This document shows, piece by piece, positions 13,202-26,384 of a stretch of DNA of 64,000 nucleotides (positions are counted from its first letter, which is position 1; each line of letters opens with the position of its first letter). Source of the stretch: Eledone cirrhosa (taxonomy: Eukaryota). Below the pieces are notes generated by a model. That model was not told the origin of the DNA and searched no databases. It was given only the letters and a program-made list of their open reading frames with translations. Made by a program: the position numbers and the translations under genes. The stretch covers positions 67,394,001 through 67,458,000 of the forward strand of contig OZ024743.1 of the NCBI GenBank assembly GCA_964016885.1. Direction: 5' to 3'.

Positions 13202-15662
13202 ATGCTAATCAAAGACCAACTCCCCATGTCAACCAAGAACATACCAATACCATCCAGGAATACATATGAGAAATTGCTGATCAACAGTGTAAATTCATTT
13301 ATCAATAGAGTGAGATGGAGGACATTCCATTATGATAGAAACAAATCTAACAACTTGAATAATACTAACAATTTTGACTCCTTCAGCTTTAAAACCTTTA
13401 AAAGCCCCCCTCATAACACTCTACTTAACTACTTTGAAAATGACCTAGTTAAACTAGTTAAGAACATTAAATACAATAAGCACCATATTAAAAGCAACAC
13501 CTTCTTAAACAAACTTAACACTTCTATTAATGGATTCAAAACTAGTAATAAAATTATTGTACACGCAGATAAAACTAATAACATATACAGCCTAGATTAT
13601 AATACTTATAGAATGTTTATATATAATGAACTACATAAAAGCTACAAAAAAAACCACCTTGAAAAACTTAGAAGATATTAATGTAGAGGGCTATAATATA
13701 GTGTCTAAACTAGGACTGCAGAGGCATACACAACCTTTCACTCCGAACCCCCCTAGATTCTCTCTGAAGGACCATAAGGAGAACTTCATCAGCAACCCCA
13801 CGATAAGACTTATCTGCCCCTCCAAGTCCGACATTGGTATTATCAGCAAGAAGATTTTGGATAAAATCATCCCACAAATTAAACACAAGATACACCTTAA
13901 ACAATGGGGAAATACGGGTGAAGTAATTGAATGGTTCAAGGATATCAAGAATAATAAGAACAACAAATTTATTCAATTTGATATCAATTCGTACTACACC
14001 TCTATTTCACCTATCCTATTAAATAAGGCACTTATCATGGCCATGACCAATAGCGACCTGACTAGAGCCCAGGTTGATGTCATCCTTGCGGCCCGTAAAA
14101 CCATAATCACCTTTGAGGACCAACTATGGACACGCAAGGATACGCACAACAACTTCGACATAACCATGGGATCTAGTGACTCGGCGCAGGTCACGGATTT
14201 GGTCGGCCTATACCCCCTCAACGAAATCCATAAGGACCTCCCTTACCTCAACGGTGGTTTGTACCGCGATGATGCACTTCTACTTATAGAATATAATAAA
14301 TTTAATATAGAAAGAACTAGAAAACAACTGCATAAGACATTCAAAAACTTTAACCTTAGTATCACCATGGACAAAAACACTAAAAATATTAACTTCCTAG
14401 ACGCCACACTATACCTAGACTCAAAAATATATACACCTTTCCACAAGCCTAATGAGAAACTTATTTACGTAGATACCAAGTCTAATCACCCTAGATCAAT
14501 ATTAAACTCTATCTCTAAGGGGGTGTCCAATAGAATCTCTAGTCTGTCTTATGACGCAAACATGTTTAGCAAAAACTCACAATATTACAATCAAGCATTA
14601 GCTAGCTCCGGCCATAATATAGAAATTGAGTTCCTACCTAAGAAAACACATAGCTACAACATCATCTCGCACAACATGTCCATGAGGAAATCTAATAATA
14701 GGAATAGCAACCACAAGTACACCAAAGCGGAGGGTGCCACCAGAAGTAACCATTACCATGGAAACTACTGTGGGGCCTTAGGAGGAAGCAACACACCAAA
14801 CACTAAAAGCAAAAATAGAAGAAGAAATAATACATTTTTCAACCCTCCTTTCAACCTAAATGTCTCCACCAACATACCTAGGGCTTTCTTCTCACTACTA
14901 GATAAAAACTTCCCTCTAGGACATAAGTACCACAACCTCTTAAACAAAAACACCATTAAAATCTCATACTCTACGACGCCTAGCTTAGCATACCACATAG
15001 CTAGCAGCAATAATAGTAAAATTAGTTCTTACTTCCAACAAACAAAATCACAACGGGATGCAAACCCTCTAAATACCACTGTAGCAAGCAACCATAGCAA
15101 CGGCAGTAACAATAGAAATAACACTAGTATAAGTAATAACACCAGGGTTGTCAACCCGAACACCCAAAATCCTATATCTACCACACGGACTTCCGCATTG
15201 CATCATAACCAGCGGACTAACGCACAGGATAATTGTAACTGTAGAGCTAATAGAACCTGCCCTTTAGATAAAAAATGCCTAACCAAGGATGTCATATACT
15301 CATGCACCGTCACGACTAATAACTCTTCAGAAACCTATGTAGGCTCCACTTCTAACTGCTTCAAAGCCAGATATAATTCGCACATCCACTCGTTCAAAAA
15401 GCACAGCCTAGCCAACTCCACCTCACTTTCTAGCTACATACACTATCTAAAATCTAAAAATAAACCATACACACTCAAATGGGAAGTGATAGGAAGCGCG
15501 ACCTCGTACAAACCACCTAATAAATTCTGTAACCTCTGTATACTAGAGACACACAATATTATCTTCTCCAACCGTAACCTACTTAACAAAAAATCTGAGG
15601 TGTTTGCAACTTGCCAGCACCGCCTCAGACATTCCTTCCAAAACTTTAAGCCCAATATATAG
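13202..15662 (+). CDS. PLE polyprotein (~820 aa): reverse transcriptase + Cys linker + GIY-YIG endonuclease, split by a one-base frameshift in the A8 run at 13646-13653
   Basis: STKNIPIPS...FINRVRWR N-terminus, ADKTNNIY, RLICPSKSDIG, FDINSYYTSI, MGSSDSAQVTDLVG, GGLYRDD, INFLDATL, CNCR..CPL...C, VIY..YVG (GIY-YIG), CNLCILE. Removing one A fuses ORFs 13202-13681 and 13626-15662 (..HKSYKKTTLKNL..). Confidence 0.9.
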
Positions 15663-16736
15663 CAATGTCGGACTGGAACCTAACACCACATCTAGCATCA
15701 AACACCAGAGACGCACCTTATACTACATACCCAACACTAACTGATCCATTATAACACAAACAATGACATCCCTCTGGAACCCTTCGCAGGGAGAATAAAC
15801 ATTTATACCTCTGCGGCAGGTGTGACAACATCCACCCACTTGAACGGCACTACACTGCTCTAAGGGTAATTTGAGCATAATTTGAGCATGAATTGATCGG
15901 TTGGATAGTGTTGTGCAGAGGAAACACCTTCCTTAGACGGATGTAAAATGATTTAATCGAGTAGCGCTGTTGACCAGTAGGACCGGACTGCTGAGCGCAG
16001 TGGGTGAATGCATTCCAACTGCCGTGCGGGTTGTACGTATATGGATGATCTGACGGTCAGAGAGGGGTCGCGAGGACTGCGGATTGACCTTTGGCCGGCC
16101 TGGGGATAATTATCTTTCGACATCAAATGTAGCAAGCGATGACCCAGATCTTACCAGAGATCATCGGGTCCTGAAGCAAGACTGCAATCACCGCGCCTGG
16201 TCATATGAGCAGACTACAACCACAGAGATCATTAATTTAGAATCCTCGCTCATCATCTATAATTTCCATTTGTGGCACCTTAAGATGGGTTAATCCACCA
16301 TAATAATATGATCACCTTCAGCATAACTTAATTAAACTACTCTATAGTTAATACACTTTATTCTTTAAAAATCTCTCTTGGAAGATGCGCATCACCATAG
16401 AATTTAGGGTCTATATTGGGACACATTTTAATGGCTAGATACAGAAACCCCAGAGTTACCTCCCCGCATGCATTAACTCCCCTTAGCCACACACACACTT
16501 CCGGGCGGTATTCAATGGCGTTTCTAGAAACGTAACAACCTCCTGTATCGAACTAAAGAACACCAGACTACGATCTCTAACTGGATTGCCGTGGATTATG
16601 TGAAGGGCATATAATCGAAAAATATACTCCCCTGACCATGAAAATGCCGAAGTACATGAAATACTTGACATCCCTGCGCTGTGCATCTCCATTACTTATA
16701 ACACTTTTAATGCTTGCACTATCTTTAATACTTATA

Positions 16737-17342
16737 ATATTTCTCCACACACAGACTATATCAATCATATAAAGAATTTGCCACCAGATCTACCAACCTA
16801 ACACTCTTATTTACCTACCTAAGTGCCTCTACCACACATATCTCTCTGCCACACTATATAAACAAGACGCACATGCGTGCCACACATATAACACTTGCAC
16901 TATATAACCGCTTATCTTCATGTTGTATTTTAACCTATATCTTTGATTTTTGATTGTACCTATTAATATAAATGTAATCTCGAAGTGTGTACTGCCACTC
17001 TAAATTCTGTAATGAATGTTGACCCACAATGTTTGAATATGTATCAATGTTTGAATATGTATTGGTATGTCTCTCGGCTGAAAAGGAGGTCAATTGATCC
17101 GAAGAATCCAAACCTCGGTTTGGAGGAAACAGCTGTAAGCACAATAATGTTTTGAACAGTTCTTTGATTCTTATATTTCATATAACTGCTCTGTAAATCA
17201 TCTGATGTCTTTACATTGAGCTACTTAACTTACTGGTAATAAGGTAGTAATACAATACTGCCTACCACTATTTAGGGTGTGTGTAAAATACTTACAACTG
17301 CTTAAGGTTTTGTATTTGCATAACCATAAATAGTATAACTAA

Positions 17343-17349
<7 letters not shown>
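16737..17349 (+). repeat. 3' pseudo-LTR of the PLE
   Basis: Direct copy of 12526-13159 that runs into (TA)n. Confidence 0.92.
17093..17145 (+). ncRNA. Hammerhead ribozyme in the 3' pLTR (helix I altered)
   Basis: ATTGAT CCGAAGA ATCCAAACCTCGGTTTGGAG GAAA CAGCTG TA AGCACAAT. Confidence 0.7.
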
Positions 17350-17401
<52 letters not shown>

Positions 17402-17448
17402 TAATAATAAATTTGAAGACTAAAATCCAAAGAGGGCACGATAAGGAT

Positions 17449-17522
<74 letters not shown>

Positions 17523-17720
17523 ATATATATATATATATATATATATACACAAACATCCATGGTTTTAACATGCACATAATGGCATTTAGAAAGAAATGTG
17601 TTTAGTAAGTGATGTAATGTAATATAGTAGATATATATAATATATCAAATATATAAGAACCGTAGAGCAAAATTTATTACAATAACAGATTCACTTCTGC
17701 GTTCACAGATTGACTTTGTT

Positions 17721-17771
17721 AGTTTCAGAAGATCCCGTTAAGGGTGAAAGCAGCGATTCTTTGCTTAAACT
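17721..17771 (+). ncRNA. Hammerhead-like motif (family I; U4A core, looped helix III)
   Basis: AGTTT CAGAAGA TCCC GTTAA GGGT GAAA GCA-GCGATTCTT-TGC TT AAACT. 5-bp helix I, AATAAA downstream, partial inverted copy upstream. Confidence 0.6.
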
Positions 17772-17837
17772 TTAATCTGTTATTTTAATAAATGTATATA
17801 TATATATATATATATATTTAATATAGAAAGGATTCAT

Positions 17838-17883
17838 CAGGGCTACTTGATGATTTCTCCCCAATGAAACATTTCTAGTCCTG
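17838..17883 (+). ncRNA. Degenerate hammerhead-like motif
   Basis: CAGGGCTA CTTGATGA TTTCTCCCCAAT GAAA CATT TC TAGTCCTG. 8-bp helix I, weak helix II and III. Confidence 0.45.
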
Positions 17884-17972
17884 TCGAAGCCTTCCTATGT
17901 TAAATGTTTTTACTCTGCTTTGTATTGAGTACCTTACTTACTGTGGTTACTCCCGATTGAACTCGGGGTAAA

Positions 17973-18085
<113 letters not shown>

Positions 18086-18228
18086 TTATATATATGTGTG
18101 TATGAGTGTGTCTGTATGTGTGTGTCTGTGTATATATAATAATATAATATATATATAAATATATATATATTATACATATTATATATATATATATAAATAT
18201 ATATATATTATACATATTGTATATATAT

Positions 18229-18515
18229 AATTGGTGTGGGATGCTTAAAGTGTCCATAAGCGGTACACCGTTTGAGCACTCGATACTCTTACAGAGCAAA
18301 GCATGATATCACATAAGAAACGGAGAATCAGTGGTGCGACTAATAACATTTATTAGACATATAACAATCGTTTCTCTGGCGACCAACTCGAGGCACGATC
18401 GATATAATGTTCGAACCAGACTCTGAAATCGCAAGGCCCTCAGATACGTCTCGATTCTACGAAGCAGAGTTACCAAATGTCCAGTCGTAACTGGACATCT
18501 ACGATTTCTTATCTG

Positions 18516-18518
<3 letters not shown>
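18229..18518 (-). mobile_element. Family B HHR-bearing element (HHR ~18355-18451)
   Basis: Reverse complement: AGACGTAT CTGAGGG ... GAAA CGATTG TT ATATGTCT AATAAA. Flanked by (TA)n. Confidence 0.75.
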
Positions 18519-18557
<39 letters not shown>

Positions 18558-18558
<1 letters not shown>

Positions 18559-18756
18559 ACGAAGGAAATGTGTTAACCAGGTGGACCATAACGCACCAAA
18601 GTACTCAATACTTAGGGTAGTAGAGTGGGTAATAGGAACGAGTAGGACCCTGACGGCTGAGCTCAAGCCCTTTCGACGGCTAATTCTGGACTAAAATTGT
18701 AGTCCAGAATTAGCCGTCGAAACGGCTTGAGCTCAGCCGTCGGGGTCCTACTCGTT

Positions 18757-18760
<4 letters not shown>
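18558..18760. mobile_element. Family D fold-back element (copies ~27260-27425, 44715-44908, ~47865-48008)
   Basis: Near-perfect ~60-bp-arm hairpin plus shared tail TTACCCACTCTACTACCCTAAGTATTGAGTAC..TGGTGCGTTATGGTCCACCTGG. In (TA)n. Confidence 0.75.
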
Positions 18761-18824
<64 letters not shown>

Positions 18825-19025
18825 TTAAAAAAATAATGAATAAAACAATGAAACAGTTCCTTATATTAAACAAAAAAAGTTCATTATTTAACGATCGTTT
18901 CTAGGATATATATGTGTTAGAATTGGCATGCATATTCATCAGATCTATGTACAAAATTATACAAAATTATACAAACTATCAAGATTAAATATACATACCA
19001 AGCACACATATATGCCGTCTTCAGA

Positions 19026-19070
<45 letters not shown>

Positions 19071-19169
19071 AAATTGAGGTTGGTAATGGCACATGGAATA
19101 TATAAGAGACAGAATACTTTTTTGTGAAAAAACATAATTTTATAAGGTAAGGAAATAATAAAGGGTATA

Positions 19170-19219
19170 AAAAATGACCGGTTTCGATGGGTCTGCAAAA
19201 GCCATCTTTTCAAATGTTG
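19170..19219 (-). ncRNA. Hammerhead motif with U3:A8 core
   Basis: Reverse complement: AACAT TTGAAAA GATGG-CTTTTGCAGAC-CCATC GAAA CCGG TC ATTTT. Confidence 0.65.
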
Positions 19220-19529
19220 ATTAATATTAAGAAAAATTGATAATACGAAGAGTTAAAATTTGAGACTTGAAAATTCAAGTATAAAATTCATTGTGGGATT
19301 TCATAGCAGTTTTCATCTAGGTAGCAACAACAGGTTGACTGCTGTGTCCCTTTCTGGTAGTGAATGAGAAGTTATTTGGGGTGTGGGTTATTTTATAAAG
19401 GTCAGATTTAGCAATCACCAACTGGCCAGCTGCTGGTCAGTGAGGGGGTGGAAGCAATATACATACACATATCTTCCTGTGGTGGGTAGGAGAGTGGAGC
19501 GTGATAGAAAGGGATTTAGTGCACTTACA

Positions 19530-19574
19530 CCTATATATACACACATACCTTCATCCACACATACATACATATAC

Positions 19575-19615
<41 letters not shown>

Positions 19616-19684
19616 CACACATACATACACACACACATACATATACATACACACATACACACACACACACATATATATACACAT

Positions 19685-19731
<47 letters not shown>

Positions 19732-19806
19732 AACACATATATATATACATACACATACATCCAGATACACACATACATACACACACACACACACACATAT
19801 ATATAT

Positions 19807-19862
<56 letters not shown>

Positions 19863-19955
19863 CCACACATACATACACGCACACACACATATATATATAC
19901 ATACACACATACAAACATACACACACAGACACATATATACACACACATACACACA

Positions 19956-19986
<31 letters not shown>

Positions 19987-20190
19987 GCATATATATATAT
20001 ATATATATACACATACGCATACATCCAGATACCCACATACATACACACACACACACACACGCACACACAATACATACATCCACATGCACACACATACACA
20101 CACACACACATATACACATACATACACCCACACACAGAGAAATGGCCTTCAAACATATATATATATATATACATACAGACACATATATTT
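19530..20190. repeat. Compound (CA)n/(TA)n microsatellite
   Basis: Direct reading. Confidence 0.95.
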
Positions 20191-20914
20191 TTTCCATAAT
20201 ATAAGAAGTTGGGGCAGTGAAATTAAAATACAAGTCATTCTGATCACATTGAGTTCTTCATGTAGATTGGGCCCCGCAACCGACAGTGGTGAATTCTGTG
20301 TGCGCATATATATATATATATATATGTGTGTGCACGTGCAGGGTTTAACATGGATGTGTTGGTCACACAAAGGCATGGTCTGTCAATGAATAAACCTGAT
20401 TCTACAGAATTGGTCTCTGGTCTTTAATAGTAGTGATTCCGTGCGTATGTGTGTTTATATTTTATATATATATATATTGTTATACTTGGGGAGGGTCATA
20501 TTTGTGTAATAATATTGCCAGAATTAATAACAGAACACACTCACTGTTTGGTTGGGTTTCGCTTCTGTGTCTTTTATATAGGTTAATTTAATTTATTCGG
20601 TTCTCAATGTTGCCATTGACCGACAAACGGTCAAAAATACAGATACAATTAAGACACAAACACATATATATAGTGTATCAAAGTTCTTTCGTTGCACATC
20701 TGCAACATCGTCAGTATTGCTATTATGTTTCCTCCCGTTGCATTGTATGCGTACGCCATCTTTATTTACTCTATTTATTTATTTATTTATTTATTTGTTT
20801 ATTTTTTGTCTTCTCTGCGCATGCGTTTGCGTATAGTGTTTTGTTTGATGTGTGTTCAAATCAAAAACCTCGCAAAACCAATTCATCACCGTTATATATA
20901 TATATATATATATA

Positions 20915-21840
20915 TGTATACGTACATACATATATGTATACAGACGTATAGTAGTATGTATATATATATACATACATGCACACATATATATATGTACGTA
21001 TGGATTTACCGAACATTTATTATAATGCTCGGTTTGTTTGTAAACAAACATCCCGAATTCAGCCGTACAGTGTTTAGCAACCATCGTTGCCCTTTTGTTC
21101 AACACTGATAAAGGAACGATGTACTAGTTTCCTTAGTCAGTGTTGAACAAAAGGGCAACGATGGTTGCCAAACACTCTACGGCTTAATTCGGGATGTTTG
21201 TTTACAAACAAACAGAGCATTATAATAAATGTTCGGTAAATGCATACGTACATATATATATATATATATGTGTGTGCATGTATGTATATATATATACATA
21301 CTACTGTACGTCTGTATACATATATATATATATGTACGTATACACACTTATATTTAAGTAACAGCCGTACTATGTGTGAGAAATGCAATTTCGTTTCATT
21401 TTTTCCGTTTATCGTTTTCGGTGCGCCCGACCAATTAACTCACAAATTATGCAAATTACGCTGCTCAGCGGTTAACATGCATAAGGAAAGTATATAATTT
21501 CAGACGTTCAATCATCTGACAGGAAGGTATACGGTGCTGACGATAGCTAATAAGCTTGAAACTAGTACATCGTTCCTTTGTCGGTGTTGAACAAAAAAGC
21601 AACGATGGTTGCTAAACACTCTACGGCTTAATTCGGGATGTTTGTTTACAAACAAACCGAGCATTATAATAAATGTTCGGTAAATCCATACGTACATATA
21701 TATATGTGTGCATGTATGTATATATATACATACTACTATACGTATGTATACATATATGTATGTACGTATACATACTTATATTTAAGTAACAGCCGTACTA
21801 AGAGTGAGAAATGAAATTTCGTTTCATTTTTTCCGTTCAT
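20915..21840. mobile_element. Family A subfamily array: inverted partial unit (broken inside the HHR at ~21130) followed by ~1.5 direct units
   Basis: Clearly homologous to, but diverged from, 2428-3833. Confidence 0.8.
21531..21573 (+). ncRNA. Minimal type I hammerhead (family A subfamily)
   Basis: ACGGTG CTGACGA TAGCT AATA AGCTT GAAA CTAG TA CATCGT. Differences from family A fall at N7, the loop and a G-U pair, so the structure is preserved. Confidence 0.88.
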
Positions 21841-21894
21841 ATATATATATATTTCTAAATTCCATTATATGCATGTTAAAACCATGGATGTCTG

Positions 21895-21948
<54 letters not shown>

Positions 21949-22269
21949 AACATCCATGGTTTTAACATGCATATAATGGAATTTTGAAAGAAATGTGTTT
22001 AGTAAGTGATGTAATGTAATATAGTAGATACTTCTTTATTAATAGGTGATTTAGTAAAAAGACTTGATAATTTTCTCAAGGAAACCTTCCACTTTACGAA
22101 ACGGTTGTGACATTCTCAAACGCAGGAAGTTAACGTTGATGGATGTCAAGAACTTGTCACATCTTTTGTGACAGATGAAAAGATATTGAAATAAATATTG
22201 ATTCTGCGGCGGGGGACATGAAAATACAATTTCCTTTTTATAAATGTTAAATACACACACACACACACA

Positions 22270-22407
<138 letters not shown>

Positions 22408-22411
22408 TATA

Positions 22412-23012
22412 TGTATAGTATATTTGCCAATATACTGTATGCTTAATTAAACACATTTTAAAGACCTTGCGCTATTATTTTAAAGTCGTGACAATGTCAC
22501 TTACTTCTTCTTTCAACAAACAAAGGGAGATAAGCTGATAGATCTGTTTCACACTGTTGGTGATCTTCAGAAATTACCACTCCCCGATGTTTTTCGAAAA
22601 ATATAGATGCTAGATTCTTATAGAATTCCAGTAATAATCAGGAACTGATTATATAGAGCGATTAACGGTCCAACAAAAATTGAAAATAGCGATGTATACA
22701 TGAATATAAGCATAGCATATTTGGCAATATACTGTATGCTTAATTAAAAACATTTTGAGGACCTTGCGCTATTATTTTAAAGTAGTGATTATTACTGGAA
22801 TTATATAAGAATCCAGCATCTATAATTTTCAACAAACATCGGCGAGTGCTAAGCTCTGATGATCAACAACAGTGTGAAACAGATCTGTCAGCTTATCTCC
22901 CTTTGTGTGTTGAAAGAAAAGTAAGTGGCATAGTCACTACTTTAAAATAATAGCGCAAAGTCTTCAAAATGTGTTTAATTAAGCTCACAGTATATTGCCA
23001 AATATACTATAA
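22412..23012. mobile_element. Family E HHR-bearing element, ~290-bp unit in tandem plus inverted arrangement
   Basis: Unit start repeats at ~22415 and ~22712. Inverted copy at 22787-23010. Homologous to 44915-45500. Confidence 0.8.
22850..22895 (+). ncRNA. Minimal type I hammerhead (family E)
   Basis: TAAGCT CTGATGA TCAACAACAGTGT GAAA CAGATCTG TC AGCTTA. The minus-strand copy at 22531-22576 shows helix II CAC/GTG. Confidence 0.85.
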
Positions 23013-23039
23013 CCCCGGTATATATATATATATATCCTC

Positions 23040-23175
23040 AACATCAGGTCGAGCTTGCTCTGCTTTCTACGACACGCTGCCTCCATCCATCTCTGTCTCT
23101 CATAGAGTTTGCCAGTTCTTCCGCAGTGCATCCAGTACCGTCCTCAAGCTGCTTGACGTATGTCTTCTTGGGACA
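23040..23175 (-). mobile_element. 3' end fragment of an RTE-like LINE
   Basis: PKKTYVKQLEDGTG...MRDRDGWRQRV..* resembles an RTE C-terminus and is similar to the end of 23492-25950. Confidence 0.6.
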
Positions 23176-23429
23176 TAAGTCAATTGCATCTTTATGCAAT
23201 GTTAATATTGCAATGTTAATATTTCTGGTAATACTATTACAACAATATGACCCACCCCAAATATAACAATATTTGGTTCGACACACATAAGTCAATTGCA
23301 TGAACTCATAATCCTTTATTTACTGGTGTATATATATGATAGCCATTGAATGGCTATGACCTCATCAGGCAGTTAGTCAGTTCTTAGATATGTCAGCTCT
23401 GTGTTTATGGTGTTTATGGTATCAGAGCC

Positions 23430-23491
<62 letters not shown>

Positions 23492-23498
<7 letters not shown>

Positions 23499-25946
23499 GC
23501 ACATCTGAGTAAGGAGGGCAGTGATGATCCTTGCTGGTACTTCCATAACAACACCAACCGAATTGGAAGACTACCGAGAGACACCCTGCTGGAGGCGAAC
23601 TTGATAGCGACTAACCTTATGTTTAGGAAGAATCCGGAGAAGATGTGGACCTACATCTCAGGTATGCACCTGTCTAAGTACCAGATTATTTTCATTCTGG
23701 TGAGGAAAAAGTGGCGGAATAGTGTTCTGAACACAGAACCATACAACTATTTCAGTACACTGGGTAGTGACCACCGGCTTGTTATGAGTAAGGTCCGGGA
23801 GGGCTTAAGAAAGAGCAAGGCTCAGCCCCGGAGAGCAATCTATGACTGGGGAGCTTTCAAGGAAGATGATAAGCTACAGGAGAGGTTCAAAGTGGAAGTG
23901 AGGAACAGGTTCAGTGCTCTGTGTGGAGAGACAGGGGAGAGAGAGAGATTGGATGGACTGAGGAAAGTGTGACGAGGAGGTACGGGTACTTCACCAATGC
24001 AGTGGCGGAAGCAAGCGAGACCCTGTTGCCGAGGAGAAAGAACAAAAGGAAGCACGTCAGCTCTGCAGACCCAAATGTGTGTGCAGCCAGAGAAGACCTG
24101 AAAGCTGCCAAGGATCAATTCTATGCTGATGCTACGGAGGAGAAGATGGAGACTGTGGAGGTGATGAGGGAAGAACTCTGTACCGCTTACACTGAGGCCA
24201 GAGAGGAGGCACTGATAGAGAAGATCAGAAGTGTGGAGAGAGCGGGTGGTAGGTCTGGATGTAAGGAGAACTGGATGATCATCAACGAGATCACAGGGAG
24301 GAAGAGAAGATGATCGACTCAGATCCAGGGAACAGGGCCCGAGGATAGGAAAGGGAAATGGCTATACCATTTTAGGACCCTACTAGGAGAGCCGCCCTCC
24401 ACAGCCCAGAACACTGGGGAGGTCAGGTGGCTGTTTGAAGAACTGGATATTGAGATAGATCTCTTCACCAGAGAGGAGTTCAGAGAGCCAAGAAGAAGAT
24501 CAAGGAGGGCAAGGCTCATGGAGAAGATGGAGTGGCATCAGAGGTGATGAAGAGGTGTGATTTTGATATCATCCTGGGGTTCTGTAACCAGGCAGTGGAG
24601 AAAGGAGTAGTCCCGAATCAGTGGAGGATCAGTAACATCGTCCCAGTGCCAAAGAGGGAGATCTCTCTAACACCAACAACTACAGGGGGATCTCACTGAC
24701 GTCACTTGTGGCAAAGACCCTCAACAGGATGATTCTTAACAGGATCCAGCCTGAGATGGAGAAGAAGCTCAGGGACAAACAGAACGGCTTCAGAGAGGGA
24801 AGATCAACCACCAGTCACATTCTGATGCTGAGGAGGATATTAGAAGGAACTAGAGCAAAGTGCCTTCCTGCAGTCATGGTTTTCATTGACTTTAGGAAGG
24901 CCTTTGATTCTGTGGACCGTCACTGCGTGATGAAGATCTTACAGGCTTATGGAATCCCCAAGAAGATAGTGGACCTCATATCACTGCTCTACACCAACAC
25001 CAAAGCCCAAGTCATTACACCTGATGGGGTGACAGAGTTCTTTGAGATACTAGCTGGAGGGCTCCAGGAAGATACATTGGCTCCCTACCATTTTATCATC
25101 GTAGTGGACTGGAGAAACACCAGGACTCTGGCATTACTGTAGCACCGGCTCAGAGCAGGAGAGTTAAGGCGAAAAATATATCGGATACTGAATTTGCCTA
25201 CGACATAGTTTTGGTGACAAATACAGTGAAGGAGGCAGAGGATTTGATGCAGGAGTTTGAGACAGTTTCGATGAGTATGGGGCTGAGAATGAATGAGATC
25301 AAGACAAAATATCTGGTAGAGAATGTTGAGAAGCCAGAGGGGATTACTAATGTAGGCGGGAAGCCGCTAGAATTGGTTGAGGACTTCCTGTATTTAGGAG
25401 CCAAGATTGGGAATAAGGAGGATGATGTGGTTTAGAAGAAGAGCACAGCCTGGGCGGCGTACCACAGCTTGAGATCGGTGTGGAATTTGGAGCTTCGTGA
25501 AGACCTGAAAATCCGCCTCTTCATTGTTGTAGTGGAGTCTGTGCTGCTGTACGTGTCTGAGACTTGGACACAGGCTAAGAAACTCACTCAGATGGTGGAT
25601 GGATGCTACACCAGAATGCTGAGGATGGTTCTGAACATTAATCAGTATACACTGAGGATGAAAAACTCAGAGCTGTATGGGAGCCTCCCAAATGTCAGCT
25701 CAAAAGTGACACAGAGGAGACTGAGGTTAGCTGAACATGCTCACCGATATCCAGAGTTGACACTGCCCTCAGTGCTCTTGTGAGTGCCCCTGGATGGATA
25801 CACTGGAAGAGGAAGACCAAGGTAAACGTATGTGGATGCCCTAAGGACAGACACTGGTCTGTTGGAGAGGCAGGACATGGCAGCGATAATGAGGGACAGA
25901 GACCTCTGGAGAGAACTCGTCCATTGATCTCGGGAATTTTACCCGC

Positions 25947-25950
<4 letters not shown>
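23492..25950 (+). pseudogene. Decayed RTE/RTEX-like non-LTR retrotransposon (APE endonuclease + RT), 5'-truncated, in (TA)n
   Basis: APE motifs FNAHL, WTY, SDHRLV. RT motifs NYRGISL, QNGFREGRSTTSHI, FIDFRKAFDS, LQEDTLAPYHFIIVVD, FAYDI, FLYLG, VESVLLY.SETW, DGCYTRMLR. Multiple frameshifts. Confidence 0.9.
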
Positions 25951-26040
<90 letters not shown>

Positions 26041-26255
26041 CGGTCGAACACTGGAAGGTAGTATCCGTAGTGGTAGAGCATTTAGTTCATGGGAGGAGTT
26101 TGGTAGAAGTAATAACACAACAGTTACTACTTCTATCATCATACCGACAACAACTGTTTCACTTTATGCGGATCTGCAGCTAGGACTGCTGAAGGTGAAG
26201 ATCCGGATAAGACAAACAATTGTTCTCGGTATGGCGAACTAACTGTTGTGTTAAT

Positions 26256-26350
<95 letters not shown>

Positions 26351-26384
26351 TCTCTCGTGTGTGTCTGTGTCTGTGTGTAGAGGT

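Larger units (their letters stand above)
12526..17349 (+). mobile_element. Full-length Penelope-like retroelement (Naiad-like) inserted in (TA)n
   Basis: Direct terminal repeats 12526-13159 and 16737-17349, an RT + GIY-YIG ORF, an HHR in each repeat, and (TA)n on both sides. Confidence 0.92.

Noticed and set aside
13202-15662. Selenocysteine recoding as in some Naiad elements
   Set aside because: There is no in-frame TGA in the ORF, and all motif cysteines are Cys codons.
19383-20389. Long YI/HT/CV ORFs here and throughout the window
   Set aside because: Translations of (TA)n/(CA)n microsatellites.
23335-23385. Minus-strand CTGATGA GG TCATAGCCA-TTCAA-TGGCTAT motif
   Set aside because: Likely the 5' half of an HHR, but truncated before GAAA by (TA)n. 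Not called as a ribozyme.
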